From Octopus bimaculoides (taxonomy: Eukaryota): 35,921 bases of DNA. Of the stretch, positions 11,443-24,006 are shown one piece after another. The DNA lies in the NCBI RefSeq assembly GCF_001194135.2, contig NC_068995.1, positions 49,524,558-49,560,478 of the forward strand. Direction: 5' to 3'. The stretch's first letter is position 1, and each line of letters starts with the position of its first letter. The translations under genes and the position numbers were made by a program. A model generated the notes under the pieces. The model made no database searches, had not been told where the DNA came from, and saw only the letters and a program-made list of their open reading frames with translations.

Positions 11443-11529
11443 AACCATATCGAATTCCAAACCTTCTATGCTATGATGTCATAACGACTCTAAAAGAAAT
11501 CTGGAATGGTTTCTCATTTCAATTTCTTG
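11443..11529 (+). CDS. Candidate 87-nt symmetric (phase 1-1) internal exon, product unrecognised
   Basis: Long polypyrimidine tract plus CAG acceptor; TTG|GTAAGC donor; only one open frame (xPYRIPNLLCYDVITTLKEIWNGFSFQFL). The pyrimidine tract is a (CT)n microsatellite, so a chance match is possible. Confidence 0.3.
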
Positions 11530-11898
11530 GTAAGCACGAAAGCTTTTGCTTGTTTTAATTGAAAGCGATGCTGATGTTGTGATATTCATGCCTTTCTCTG
11601 AAATAGTTATGGGCAACCAGCGACCGGCAGGACTTTCTGAATGGCACGCCGAAGTGAAAAATTATTTGAACCATTTTAGTAATGCGGCTCATCTAATTGT
11701 GAGCCATGTCTCATGCGGCCCGATTCTCGAAAAAAGTTCCTCGTGCCTGCTCGAAGACATTAAAATAGAGGAGTGAGATAAAATATCTACAACCAGAAGC
11801 CACATCTTGATAGCAAACAAACCAGAGAAGAAACCCCTATGTGGTCACATAAGCCGCAAAAAATAACAGCTAAATCTTTCTCAAACCACATTCTACAC

Positions 11899-12010
11899 CA
11901 GTGGTTCTCAACTGGTCTATATGGCCCTTGTGGTGGGGTGGGGTCTACATAAGACTTTGCTGTTAAAATTTATGTGGAGCAAATTGGTTATTACTTAAAA
12001 GATACATAAG
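11899..12010. mobile_element. hAT-type MITE fragment
   Basis: Starts CAGTGGTTCTCAAC after TTCTACAC; resembles the start of 6382-6734. Confidence 0.5.
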
Positions 12011-12049
12011 ATATTTTAATTTTCTAAAATCCAATTCTTTAGAATTTCA

Positions 12050-12209
12050 TTCTTTTACTTGTTTCAGTCATTTGACTGCGGCCATGCTGGAGCACCGCTT
12101 TTTAGTCGAGCAAATCGACCCCAGGACTTATTCTTTGTAGGCCTAGTACTTATTCCATCGGTCTCTTTTGCCGAACTGCTAAGTTACGGGGACGTAAACA
12201 CACCAGCAT
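12050..12209 (-). mobile_element. 3' half of family C SINE
   Basis: Reverse complement of 23670-23830. Confidence 0.88.
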
Positions 12210-12529
12210 CTGTGTGTGTATATATATATATAGGTATAGTGATATATGTGTGTGTGTGTGTGTATACATGAATGTATGGGCATGTATGAATATTTGTGTA
12301 TGTATATTTGTATATATGTGTTTATACATGCATGTATCTGTGCATATGCATCCATATTTGTATATATGTGTGTGTATGTGTGTGTGTGTGTGTGTGTGTG
12401 CAAGTATGTATATTTATGCATATGTGTATGTATATATGTATGTGTGTATATGTGTGAGTCAATGTATACCTGTATGTTTGTGTACGTACATGCTGAAAGT
12501 GGCACACACACATATATGAGCTTCTTTAT

Positions 12530-12730
12530 GGTTACTTGACCTGCTAGAAATAGCAATTAAATCTGCATACTGAATTTGCTACCTGCTATCTTAAAAAGTA
12601 AACAGACAATGTATATAAATAAATGTGGGACACACTGGATAATATACTCCTAGATGGACAGTCACAGCTATAATGCTTTTTGATCAAGTAATCTTGTTGT
12701 TTCTAGCTGACCTGGGGTTAAATAACAATA
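12530..12730 (+). mobile_element. Dispersed repeat (SINE-like 3' region ending CTGACCTGGGGTTAAATAACAA); further copies at ~15600-15680 (-) and ~33005-33205 (+)
   Basis: Shared CCTGCTAGAAATAG and TTTGATCA..GACCTGGGG motifs among the three loci. Confidence 0.6.
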
Positions 12731-13074
12731 GCATAGACATCTATAATTACAATGCGTCAGCCTTTTCATGATGGACACAAAAAAAGACTGAGAGGAGGGG
12801 CATGGAGGGAGAAAAAATTATCATCACCACCATCATCATCATCATCATTATCATCATCATGTTGTTGTTGTCTTTGTAACCTGTGTTAAGCCATAGTAAC
12901 CTGACATAACCTACCTGATCACTAACCTGTGTTTTTTTGCTTGATAGAAGGGCAGAAGTGTAAGAAAGAAAGAAAGAAAAAATGGGGCCCAAATTGGATG
13001 TTGAATAAAAAAAAGAAGTGGGTGTATGATGTGAAAAAAAAGTACAAACAGCGATATATATTTATTGGCATCTG

Positions 13075-13161
13075 TGTATATATATATATATATGTATGTA
13101 TGTATGTGTGTATATGTGTGCTTACACGTATGTACATTCATGTCTGCTTCTGGCTTTAGTG

Positions 13162-13193
<32 letters not shown>

Positions 13194-13410
13194 TGTATGT
13201 CAGCATGTATGTATGTGTGCATGTATGTAGGTATGTGTGTATGTATGTATGTATGTATGTGTATGTGTGTATGTATGTATGTGTGTTTGTATGTATGTAT
13301 GTGTGTATGTATGTATGTATGTATGTGTGTTTATGTATGTATGTATGCATATATGTTTGTGTAAGTATGTGTATGTATGTATGTGTTTATGTGTGTATGT
13401 ATGTGTGTGC
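13075..13410. repeat. (TATG)n/(TG)n tract; similar tract at 14340-14620
   Basis: Directly visible. Confidence 0.95.
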
Positions 13411-13575
13411 ACATGTTGTATGTTGATGTGTGTTAATCATTTGGTTACTTTCATATTGGATGGTTATTTGTGGGCTGCAAGAAAATCCTCTGGAGAATGG
13501 CGAATGGAGCAAGACGGTGCCAGAGGTGAGAAGATGGTGAGATGTTAAGGACCCAGTAAAGATGTCAGAGATGGC

Positions 13576-13620
<45 letters not shown>

Positions 13621-14079
13621 NNNNNNNNNNNNNNNNNNNNNNNNNNNNNNNNNNNNNNNNNNNNNNNNNNNNNNNNNNNNNNNNNNNNNNNNNNNNNNNN
13701 NNNNNNNNNNNNNNNNNNNNNNNNNNNNNNNNNNNNNNNNNNNNNNNNNNNNNNNNNNNNNNNNNNNNNNNNNNNNNNNNNNNNNNNNNNNNNNNNNNNN
13801 NNNNNNNNNNNNNNNNNNNNNNNNNNNNNNNNNNNNNNNNNNNNNNNNNNNNNNNNNNNNNNNNNNNNNNNNNNNNNNNNNNNNNNNNNNNNNNNNNNNN
13901 NNNNNNNNNNTAGTGGTTGTGGTGGTGATGGCGATGGTGGTGGTGGTGGTAGTGGTGGGCAGTTGTGTATTGCATGTCGTAACATCTTGGAGGAAGAACA
14001 CGGCTCATGACATAAGGGATCACCATAAGAAATATATCCTTTAAGAAAGAACATCACAAAATAGAAAAAGGTGAAGTAC

Positions 14080-14126
<47 letters not shown>

Positions 14127-14862
14127 CAACAACAACAACAACGACAAAAACAAGAAGAATGGTAAAAGTAGAGCTGATTATCAAAGCCTGGTGAGACAAA
14201 AAAACAATGGTTTTGGAAGAAAGTTTAGCGAGGAAAACTGTTTGGAAACAATTGTTTTGTGAAATAAAAGGATAGAAGAGAAGAGATGAAAGGAAGAGAT
14301 AAGATGCGATGAGATCAGAGGAAATGATGAAAGACTAATGTATACCCATGTATGTATGTATGTGTGTTTGTTTGTATGCATGGATATACGAGTGTATGTA
14401 TGTATGTATGTATATGTTATGTATGTATGTATATGTTATGTATGTATGTGTATGTGTATGTATGTATGTATGTGTGTATGCATGTATGTATGTATGTATG
14501 TATATGTGTGTATGTATGTATGTATGTATGTATGTATGTATGTATGTATGTATGTATGCATGTGTGTATGTGTATGTATGTATGTATGTATGTGTGGATG
14601 TTTGTGTGTACGTGCGTGCGCGTGTCAGCGATAAGTATAGGGGAATGAAAATATCTTCATTTGGACAATAGGAGTCAAAGGCATTAGGTGGGTGAAGAGA
14701 TGAGGGAGAGGAAGAGATGAGGGGGAGAAAGACGGAACTGGTTCCTTGACAAAGACACCACATTCCTACTCTCTAGTGTGGTACATTATTGTTTATAATG
14801 ATAATAATAATAATAATAATTTTCAACTAGCAATAACCACGCATCGGATAACCCTCATTGGC

Positions 14863-14918
<56 letters not shown>

Positions 14919-14930
14919 TAATAATGCACG

Positions 14931-15072
14931 TATGGTTGTGATGCATGTGTCTGATGTACCCTTATCAGATGGGTAGTCATGATGGGTATACTAGGTTTCA
15001 TATATTTGTACCCCAGTGTCACCTTGATGGCATACACTGCTCTCTCACTCAATAATAATAATAATAATAATA

Positions 15073-15134
<62 letters not shown>

Positions 15135-15245
15135 CCAATGTCCTGATGCAGTACCAAACAGTGGCTCTCATGGATTCTGATCTTAACTATTGGGTGTGTC
15201 ATCATGTACATTGTTTTGTCTTGGTATAAAAGATGGGCCACACCA
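14931..15245. mobile_element. Two probable retroposon 3' ends arranged tail-to-tail through (AAT)n/(ATT)n
   Basis: Non-simple sequence 14931-15050 ends in (AAT)n; 15135-15245 ends in (AAT)n on the minus strand. Family identity is from recall only. Confidence 0.45.
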
Positions 15246-15389
15246 AATATTCTGCTCAATACCACAGATATGCTTGTCAGTTGGTGGTTATATTCGTTGT
15301 TGCTGTTGTTGTTGTTCTTCTTCTTCTTGTCAGGGTTGGATTAAGACCTACAGAGCCACTAAGTATATATATATATATATATATATATA

Positions 15390-15450
15390 TAGGAGAATTC
15401 ACGAAAAAACAACAGACGAAGACAGGTGGTGTAAACAACAAATGGATGTA
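15390..15450 (-). mobile_element. Truncated Penelope-like fragment (same family as 35611-35805)
   Basis: GGAGAAT..ACAACAGACGAAGACAGGTGGTGTAAACAACAAA matches 35613-35665. Confidence 0.7.
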
Positions 15451-16041
15451 AATTTTCGATCATATCAACCACTTCAAATATTATTTTATCAGGTTCAAAG
15501 TGATTTCTTTTGTGCTGTAAACCATTTACCATTTCTGTAGTGTCACCGTTCCATTGATGCTTTAAAGACATGCTTATTTTGCTAAATGGTTAATCCAGCA
15601 ATAGTTGTCGTACAACCCCAGGTCAACTCTGATCAAGTAGACCTATGATCATAGACACTGGACTTGACCATCCTGTTCTTTCCATAAAACGTTGGATGAT
15701 TAATTGATGTATACAAATGTATGGGTGCGTATGTATGAATATACGTGAATGTTGAGAAACGTCAAATGTGAATTTAGAGATTTTATTGTTCCCAAGCAGT
15801 TACAAAAAAAAAAATGGAAAAAATATGGAAATTCTAAAACATAAAAGTTGAGAATTGAACATCTTCATGTATTTAAATTGTGTATTAAAGAAAATCTGTT
15901 CCTCATTTTTACAAACACACACAACACACACACAGGCACACATATATACATATATAATCACCCATATGTATGTGTACATACATGCACATATCAATTGATA
16001 AACATGTGTGTGTGTGTTTGTGTTATATATATATATTATAA

Positions 16042-16078
<37 letters not shown>

Positions 16079-16284
16079 NNNNNNNNNNNNNNNNNNNNNN
16101 NNNNNNNNNNNNNNNNNNNNNNNNNNNNNNNNNNNNNNNNNNNNNNNNNNNNNNNNNNNNNNNNNNNNNNNNNNNNNNNNNNNNNNNNNNNNNNNNNNNN
16201 NNNNNNNNNNNNNNNNNNNNNNNNNNNNNNNNNNNTTGCAGATGAAAAACCAAAAGGGAAATCATATCATGAGCAATACTACTG

Positions 16285-16372
<88 letters not shown>

Positions 16373-16669
16373 GATTGTTTGTTCATGGGATGCAGATGTT
16401 GCCAAACTGTTCTTTCTTTCCTTTTTCTGGTGAAAATTCCAGTTCAACTCTTCTGGGCCTTCTGTGCTTGCCCTGATCAACAAAATCAATGTCTTTCAGG
16501 AATTAATCACTACCAAATACTATTACCATTTTTGGTCTTGAAATTTTTTTTCCAATATTCTCAAGAGATGTTTCGGCATTATTGATTCCACTGGTCGCCT
16601 GTAATGCTGCCTCATTTTCTCTCAAGTTCTGAATATATTTTTCAGATATATATATATATTTTAGTGTTG

Positions 16670-17035
16670 TGTCTCACAGAGGTAAAGTGGTTGAATTCCT
16701 TTCGAGTGTTGGGCCTCACGGAGGCAAAGATCAAGACCTTTGGGGTTATGTCAGGCTTGACAAGAAGATCCGTCAAGCCAAGCAAAATCACAATCATAGC
16801 AGATACCAGTGTCACGCAAATTGGCACCCATGCCAGTGGCATGTAAAAGCACCCATTACTCTCTTGGAACGGTTAGTGTTAGGAAGGGCATCCAACCGTA
16901 GAAAACCATGCCAAATCAGACTGGAGTCTCCTGCAGCATTCCAGCATACCAGCCCTGGTCAAACCGTCCAATTTATACCAGCATCGACAACAGACATTAA
17001 ATGATGAAGATGATGATGATGATGGTGGTGGTAGT
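16670..17035 (+). mobile_element. RTE-LINE-derived 3' fragment (ORF2 C-terminus plus 3' UTR, (GAT)n tail)
   Basis: Contains a VLGLTEA remnant followed by a frameshifted DLWG; TTAGGAAGGGCATCCAACCGTAGAAA motif; collinear with the reverse complement of 21100-21455. Confidence 0.8.
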
Positions 17036-17244
17036 GACGATACAACCATATCAACTTACGACTTGTCTGTCGGAACGGAACTCGGGCGTATGTCAAGGAG
17101 AAAGTGTATTGCAAACCTACATAAGTGATTGAATGGAAAGACAAATTGGAATTTTGAAGGAAATTCTATGAAATTAGCTTTTAGACAATGAATGGCTATG
17201 GAGGTTCCATCAGAATGAAATAATAATTAAATGGTTGCGAAGAA

Positions 17245-17365
17245 CTGAACTAAAGTCGGCCCGAGGCTATAGTAGAAGACAATTGCTCAATGTGCCACGC
17301 AGTGGGACTGAACCTGAAACCATGTCGTTGGTAAGCAAGCTACTTACCACACCGCTATACCTGCA
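17245..17365 (-). mobile_element. Family C SINE 5' fragment
   Basis: Reverse complement of the 23450-23555 head. Confidence 0.85.
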
Positions 17366-17681
17366 CATATAATATACTTGAAAAGGTTCTACCAGAGAAT
17401 TGAAACTGAATTGTAAAATAATATATTGTTTATTGTTTATTTTGTTGTTGTTGTCGTTTCTTTCAGGGTTTCCTTTTGTTTTGTAGAATTATTTTTCTTC
17501 CTTAATCAAAAGTGTAATTAATGTATTTTTCTTTCTCCTGCTATCTTTTTTCTTTTTCTTTTTTTTGTTTTTTTTTTGTTTGATGCAAAGCAAAATTTTG
17601 TACCAAGGAATCATAAAAAATACAAAAATGTATAAATACTTACAAAAGAGATGCATGTCTATTCCAATAAATATATATATA

Positions 17682-17716
<35 letters not shown>

Positions 17717-19065
17717 ATATAGTTACTATATATACTAATGTATGNNNNNNNNNNNNNNNNNNNNNNNNNNNNNNNNNNNNNNNNNNNNNNNNNNNNNNNN
17801 NNNNNNNNNNNNNNNNNNNNNNNNNNNNNNNNNNNNNNNNNNNNNNNNNNNNNNNNNNNNNNNNNNNNNNNNNNNNNNNNNNNNNNNNNNNNNNNNNNNN
17901 NNNNNNNNNNNNNNNNNNNNNNNNNNNNNNNNNNNNNNNNNNNNNNNNNNNNNNNNNNNNNNNNNNNNNNNNNNNNNNNNNNNNNNNNNNNNNNNNNNNN
18001 NNNNNNNNNNNNNNNNNNNNNNNNNNNNNNNNNNNNNNNNNNNNNNNNNNNNNNNNNNNNNNNNNNNNNNNNNNNNNNNNNNNNNNNNNNNNNNNNNNNN
18101 NNNNNNNNNNNNNNNNNNNNNNNNNNNNNNNNNNNNNNNNNNNNNNNNNNNNNNNNNNNNNNNNNNNNNNNNNNNNNNNNNNNNNNNNNNNNNNNNNNNN
18201 NNNNNNNNNNNNNNNNNNNNNNNNNNNNNNNNNNNNNNNNNNNNNNNNNNNNNNNNNNNNNNNNNNNNNNNNNNNNNNNNNNNNNNNNNNNNNNNNNNNN
18301 NNNNNNNNNNNNNNNNNNNNNNNNNNNNNNNNNNNNNNNNNNNNNNNNNNNNNNNNNNNNNNNNNNNNNNNNNNNNNNNNNNNNNNNNNNNNNNNNNNNN
18401 NNNNNNNNNNNNNNNNNNNNNNNNNNNNNNNNNNNNNNNNNNNGTGGTGGTGGTGGTGGTGGTGGCAGTGGTGGTGGTGGTGCTGGTGCTGCTGATGTGC
18501 AAAAGAAATATTTTATCAGTTGTCCAACTCACTCTCAGAACATTTTGTGTAGTGAAGAAAATACTGGATCAGATAAAGTTATGTCAGAAAAAAGTCTAAA
18601 AATATACAAATATAAAAATAACAAAAAAAAATAACTTGCCATAATTTATCACCAAAACAACAACAACAACAAATAAAAAGTCAAAATGACAAATCACAAC
18701 CACCCCTACCACTGCCAAAAAAAAAAAAAAAACGGAGAAAATTCTATACTTTCTCAACTGTATTTCTTTGGCTACAAAAAAATAATAAATAAATGCTTAT
18801 TTTGCTTCTATGATTCTGTTTACGTATGTTGCTGTTTGTTTCTGCGATGTGTTCTGGTTAAACGAGTCTCCAGTTTGGTTTTACTTCCTGTTTGAAGATA
18901 TTCCCGTTACAGCACAACCTATATTTACCAATATGTTGTTAATTAAGATCATTTTTTTTTACCGTTTAGCCTTTGTATATGTCTTTTATTTGTTTCTATC
19001 GTTGGAATTGGTGCCCATGCTGGGGCACATACTGTTTTGAAGTGTTTTTATTGAGAAAATGATTT

Positions 19066-19520
19066 AAGAGGAAAGCTAGGTACAAGACACATCAGACGTT
19101 GTGTGCAAGGGAAATGACGGTGCTAGTTTGGACACATGGTGTATATGGATGAGGGCTGCTGCGTAAAGAAGTACTGAGGGCTAACTGTGGAGGGAACCTG
19201 TCGAAGGGGTAGACCCAGAAAGACAAAGTGGTGAGAAAGGATCTTTGGAGGCTGGGTCTCACTGAAGAAATGACAAGGGACCAGGAGTTATGGCGATTTG
19301 CTGTACTTGATGAAATGTTTCAAGCTAAGTAATATTGCTGTCATCAATACTTACAGGCTTGTCCTTTACAGTTGCTGGTGTCACATAAAATGCACTGGTG
19401 CAGGTGCTGCATAAATGCACCCAGCACACTCTGTGAAGTGGTTGGCATTAGGAAGGGCATCCAACCATAGAAAGCATGCCACAACAAACAATTGGTGTCT
19501 GGACGGCTCCCCGGCTATCT
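19066..19520 (+). mobile_element. RTE-clade LINE 3' end (decayed ORF2 C-terminus plus 3' UTR)
   Basis: Translates to C*FGHMVYMDEGCCVKKY*GLTVEGTCRRGRPRKT / VVRKDLWRLGLTEEMTRDQELWRFAVL, matching the RTE 'LRWFGHV..GRPRKTW' C-terminal pattern. Confidence 0.85.
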
Positions 19521-20408
19521 TTACTATCTTTATCGTATGATATTTACTTTGTTTTATATTATACTCATTTATTGTGCTTTTAATTATTAATTTTTCTATA
19601 TGTGATAGTGGATTTTCATCTATTAGTTCTTGAAACTTGGTCTTTTCCCTAAAACTATATATATNNNNNNNNNNNNNNNNNNNNNNNNNNNNNNNNNNNN
19701 NNNNNNNNNNNNNNNNNNNNNNNNNNNNNNNNNNNNNNNNNNNNNNNNNNNNNNNNNNNNNNNNNNNNNNNNNNNNNNNNNNNNNNNNNNNNNNNNNNNN
19801 NNNNNNNNNNNNNNNNNNNNNNNNNNNNNNNNNNNNNNNNNNNNNNNNNNNNNNNNNNNNNNNNNNNNNNNNNNNNNNNNNNNNNNNNNNNNNNNNNNNN
19901 NNNNNNNNNNNNNNNNNNNNNNNNNNNNNNNNNNNNNNNNNNNNNNNNNNNNNNNNNNNNNNNNNNNNNNNNNNNNNNNNNNNNNNNNNNNNNNNNNNNN
20001 NNNNNNNNNNNNNNNNNNNNNNNNNNNNNNNNNNNNNNNNNNNNNNNNNNNNNNNNNNNNNNNNNNNNNNNNNNNNNNNNNNNNNNNNNNNNNNNNNNNN
20101 NNNNNNNNNNNNNNNNNNNNNNNNNNNNNNNNNNNNNNNNNNNNNNNNNNNNNNNNNNNNNNNNNNNNNNNNNNNNNNNNNNNNNNNNNNNNNNNNNNNN
20201 NNNNNNNNNNNNNNNNNNNNNNNNNNNNNNNNNNNNTTCTGCTTATTTCGCAGCTACCCAGATTGTTAGTAGTGGGAAAGAACTGTACACATGTATAGAC
20301 ATATATACACACGTAGTCATACACATACACAAAACACGTAGAGGTATATTTACACATGAAAACGTACGTTTATACCTGCAAGGAGACACACAGTTACACA
20401 TACCTACT

Positions 20409-20468
<60 letters not shown>

Positions 20469-20809
20469 TGCTGTGTGTTAACAAAAGGCAGATCCATCAA
20501 CCGTGACCCTTAAGAGGCAGATGTGAACTGTTAGATGTCCTGGTTAGGGGTACCTACCCCAGCAACGTAAGTTAAGGATGGGCAGAGAGAAGCTGTCATT
20601 GCTGTTTAGCAATACCTTAAATGAATCTCCATTGTTGCTTTCAATGATGACTATTACACCTTGAGTTTTAAGTGGCTGAGTACTCCATGGATGCACGTAC
20701 CCTTAATATAATTCTCAGCTTAACCCTTTAGCATTCAAATTATTCTGTCAAATATTGTTTTGAATGAATCATACATTGCCTTCTAACTTTGATGTTGGTG
20801 TGTTTGCAT

Positions 20810-21080
20810 CACTGTAACTTAGCGGTTCAGCAAAAGTGATCGATAGAATAAGTACTAAGCTTACAAAGAACAAGTTCTCTTTTATTCCCCTCTACATGTT
20901 TCAGTCATCTGACTGCGGCCATCCTGGAGCATATCTACACGCACACATACACCAATGCACTTTCCATCTACCAACTTGGACATCTCAGGGGCCGCAGTAG
21001 AAGACACCTGCCCAAAGTGCCGCGCAGTGTACCTGAACATGGAGCCATGGAGCTGGATTACAGACTTCTTATCACACTGT
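20810..21080. mobile_element. Cluster of family C SINE fragments in both orientations
   Basis: TAACTTTAGCGGTTCAGCAAAAG (+), TTTCAGTCATCTGACTGCGGCC (-) and AGTAGAAGACACCTGCCCAAAGTGCCGCGCAGTG (-). Confidence 0.75.
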
Positions 21081-21099
21081 CACATCAGTATCATTGTCG

Positions 21100-21455
21100 T
21101 CACCATCATTTAACGTCTGTTGTCCATGCTGGCATGAGTTGGACGGTTGGACGGTTTGACCGGAGCTGGGAAGCTGGAAGACTGCAGCAGACTCCAGTTT
21201 GATTTGGCATGGTTTTCTATGTCTGAATGCCCTTCCATAACGCCGACCACTCCGAGAGTGTAATGGGTGCTTTTACGTTCCACCGGCACGGGTGCCATTT
21301 GCGTGACACCAGTATCTGCCATGACTGCGATTTTGCTCGGCTTGATGGGTCTTCTTCTCAAATATGATTGATGCCAAAGGTCTTGGTCGTTGCCTCCGTG
21401 AGACCCAACACTTGAAAGGAACTCAACTGCTTTGCCTCCATGAGGCCCAACGCTC
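21100..21455 (-). mobile_element. RTE-LINE-derived 3' fragment
   Basis: Reverse complement is collinear with 16670-17035. Confidence 0.8.
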
Positions 21456-21495
21456 GAAAGATAGATAGATACATATAGATAGATAGATAGATACA

Positions 21496-21527
<32 letters not shown>

Positions 21528-21586
21528 CATACATAGGCAGACAGACAGACAGACAGACAGACAGAAAGACAGACAGACAGACAGAC

Positions 21587-21617
<31 letters not shown>

Positions 21618-21919
21618 AAGATAGATAGATAGATGTAGATACACACACACACTCACCTTAGTAAGTTGAGTGAATATTGTCATGAATGTGGTCGGAAAGC
21701 AGAAGGATGTGGTTAGCGTACCTTGCTTTTGAGTATTAATTACTCCTCCACCACCTACTACTACTACCAATAATAGTATAAAGGTAAATACCCTGTTTGG
21801 CCACCCCCGCCCATACACACAACCCCGCCCCAGTTACCCAGACCCAATGAATTACTGACTGGTACAATAACGTTTTTGATGCTTTTGTGATGAGGACAAG
21901 AGCACACTACCTTCATGGT

Positions 21920-21962
21920 GACTCATCACCATCACCATCATCATTCATCCCTCCCTCCCACT

Positions 21963-21995
<33 letters not shown>

Positions 21996-22520
21996 TTCAC
22001 AGACTTTACACTCATTGCTACCCTTCCTACCACCACCATCATCATCATAATCACCGTCCATTGTAAGTTATAATGAAAGCAAAGATCTTTATCATCATCG
22101 TCATCATCATCATCATCACCTTCATCACCTCTGAATCCCTACCTCCCTACCACCCTACCTATCCTTCTCTCCACCCTTAAATTCAACATCAATCATACAT
22201 TGTGATACATGCCAACACCACCATCTCCACCGCCACCTCCATCTCCTCTACCATCTCCATCTCTACCTCCACCGTCACCACCATCTCCACTACCACCACC
22301 ACCACCTCACGCCCACCTTCACCCTCCCCACACCCTGCATTATCTACTTCTTAAGTCCTTTTCAGAATCCAAATCAACTCACACAGATCTCTTACGTTAC
22401 TGAACCCTTTCCCCTGTCCCCCACCCCACCACCCTTCTCACTCACCCATCATCACCTCAATCCCCCACCCTCACTTGAACTCTCCCATCCCATCCCTCAA
22501 TCCTACCCCTGTATTCACCC
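21920..22520. repeat. C-rich low-complexity region ((CAT)n, (CCA)n)
   Basis: Directly visible. Confidence 0.85.
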
Positions 22521-22980
22521 GAGCTTTCACCTCTGCTTCTCTTCATCCCGCAATCCAATCAATGGCTGCAAGTCTTTGCTCTACACCTTTCTTGTAATCA
22601 AAAATCTTCTGACGGCCCTAAATCATCTCCTTAAGACCCCTCCCCAGTGGCGGGTCCCTCGTCACAACCACCCCAGCTGCCGCTTCAAGTAGTGCAACGG
22701 AGTCAAGTAAAACAAGAAAGACTAGAACAGTGGGATTGAACCCATGACACGGGTGTTGAGTGATAGGCTACAGGTTTTTTTTTTTTTTCGGTGGGAGATG
22801 AGGGGTTCCAAATAAAAGAGGGGCCACCTCCACACAATGTCATCTTTCCATAAAGGCCTTTCTATAAGCATCTGCATCATCAGCATCATCATCAGCATCA
22901 GCATCATCTTCGTCATAGTTGTCGTCGTCGTCATCACCATCATCATCATCGTCGTTACCGTCGTCGTCGTCATCATCATC

Positions 22981-23038
<58 letters not shown>

Positions 23039-23440
23039 CTGTCCATGGTTCTCTCTACCTATATCTGTCCTTCTATCTTTCTGTCTTTCTGTCTGTCTCT
23101 CTCTATTTCCCCTCCCACCCTCTATTTTTATTGCTGTACCATTATTCGGTGCTTCTGATGATAAAATACTGACCTGCTGTGTTTAGGAACGAATTAACTG
23201 TCATGATGATGCTACACAGCAATTAAGGGTCAGGTGTGGTGAAGGGAAGGGGAGAAGAGGAGAGGAGGGGAGACTGTGGTAAATAGAAACACACACGCAC
23301 ACACACACACTTACACATACACACACACGTGTGTATGTACTTAGTTTCGGAATACAGAATATTATATAAAAAACACATACGTAGGTACAATTTGTTAATG
23401 AGCTAGAATGATTTTTAAGTATGTATATATATATATATAG

Positions 23441-23852
23441 ACGTAGGAGTGGCTGTGTGGTAAGTAGCTTGCTTACCAACCACATGGTCCCGGGTTCAGT
23501 CCCACTGCGTGGCACCTTGGGCAAGTGTCTTCTACTATAGCCTCGGGCCGACCAAAGCCTTGTGAGTGGATTTGGTAGACGGAAACTGAAAGAAGCCCGT
23601 CGTATATATGTATATATATATATGTATGTGTGTATGTGTTTGTGTGTCTGTGTTTGTCCCCCCAACATCGCTTGACAACCGATGCTGGTGTGTTTATGTC
23701 CCCGTAACTTAGCGGTTCGGCAAAAGAGACCGATAGAATATAAGTACTAGGCTTCCAAAGAATAAGTCCTGGGGTCGATTTGCTCGACTAAAGGCGGTGC
23801 TCCAGCATGACCACAGTCAAAAGACTGAAACAAGTAAAAGAGTAAAAGAGTA
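23441..23852 (+). mobile_element. Near full-length tRNA-derived SINE, family C (CORE-like), with internal (TA)/(TG) microsatellite and (GTAAAAGA)n tail
   Basis: A/B-box head (TGGCTGTGTGG, GGGTTCAGTCCC); CCTTGGGCAAGTGTCTT at 23515-23531 resembles the CORE-SINE CCTTGGGCAAGT motif; multiple copies in the window. Confidence 0.9.
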
Positions 23853-23975
23853 ATATATATATACACACACACATGTTCATAAACACACACAGACACATAC
23901 ATTTATGTGTAAACAGCCACACTCCTATGGGCATGCATAGGGAAAAAAATTAATGAGTGTGTGTGTGTATATATG

Positions 23976-24006
<31 letters not shown>

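Noticed and set aside
11686-11705. GGCTCA-TCTAATTG-TGAGCC hairpin with a TAATTG loop
   Set aside because: A 6-bp stem is expected by chance.
18444-18634. Open frame GGGG..ADVQKKYFISCPTHSQNILCSEENTGSDKVMSEKS..* after a gap
   Set aside because: It starts in a (GGT)n tract at a gap edge; there is no splice site or recognisable similarity, so it cannot be supported.
21651-21700. Consensus donors AAG|GTGAGT (minus, 21657) and AAG|GTAAGT (plus, 27108)
   Set aside because: Neither has a good upstream acceptor; one abuts (GT)n and the other lies just past a SINE tail.
22405-22475. G-quadruplex-forming G runs on the minus strand
   Set aside because: Part of a general C-rich low-complexity tract; no evidence of a specific function.
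23201-23668. 155-aa minus-strand ORF containing ARGYSRRHLPKVPRSGTEPGTMWL
   Set aside because: It is the antisense reading of the family C SINE head; the same sequence recurs at 17245-17365 and ~20985-21080.
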